A stretch of DNA of 63,027 nucleotides, counting the filler, from Octopus bimaculoides (lineage: Eukaryota), in NCBI RefSeq assembly GCF_001194135.2. It is 5 parts of 5 records of this genome, joined end to end, with 100 filler letters (N's around TTAATTAATTAA, not from the genome) between each part and the next. Parts side by side here need not be neighbours in the genome. Positions count along the whole stretch, not along the records: positions 56,212 to 63,027 come from NC_068985.1; 4 more parts are not named here. One strand, written 5' to 3'. Below the pieces are notes generated by a model that saw nothing but the letters and a program-made list of their open reading frames with translations, was not told where the DNA came from and did not search any database. The translations under genes were made by a program, and so were the position numbers. Shown piece after piece: positions 62,906 through 63,027 of the stretch. The number at the start of each line of letters is the position of its first letter. The stretch's first letter is position 1.

Positions 62906-63027
62906 TTCCTTTCTTTCTTTCTTTCTTTCTTTCTCTCTCTCTCTGTCTCTCACACACATACACACACCAGCAACATTACACACACACACATGCCAACTTC
63001 AAAAGAAATCGCTTTTACGACGTCGTT

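Overview
Eukaryotic, AT-rich, gap-ridden draft scaffold dominated by microsatellites and repeats. It is most likely a coleoid cephalopod (Octopus-type); this is inferred from the SINE families, the Tx1/RTE/R4 LINE content, (TTAGGG)n and microsatellite density, not from a database hit. Nearly all long entries in the ORF track are artefacts of N-runs or microsatellites. The one well-supported host gene is not in the ORF track: a spliced plus-strand gene (exons 449-624, 1465-1549, 1957 into the 2071-2601 gap, 2725-2806, 5595-5836; 5' part outside the window). It encodes a mollusc vitelline-envelope-type zona pellucida (ZP) domain protein with a C-terminal transmembrane helix. Two weaker exon candidates lie at 17624-17703 (minus) and 59583-59620/61500-61600 (plus). 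The rest is at least four tRNA-derived SINE families, R4/Dong-like, Tx1, RTE and Penelope-like retroelement fossils, a Gypsy fragment, Tigger, Tc1 and Merlin-type DNA elements, foldback or palindromic elements, satellites, and four synthetic 44N-TTAATTAATTAA-44N assembly spacers. No CRISPR array, rRNA or intact tRNA gene was found. I see no clear new multi-gene system. The best leads are: the ZP protein lacking a canonical furin site, whose TM exon starts with a perfect donor motif; stacked retroelement insertions in (TAA)n; a MITE carrying telomeric repeats; a SINE carrying an internal microsatellite; a 217-bp palindrome; and a possible SINE-derived start exon. All family assignments come from motif recognition by eye, and boundaries of degraded repeats are approximate.
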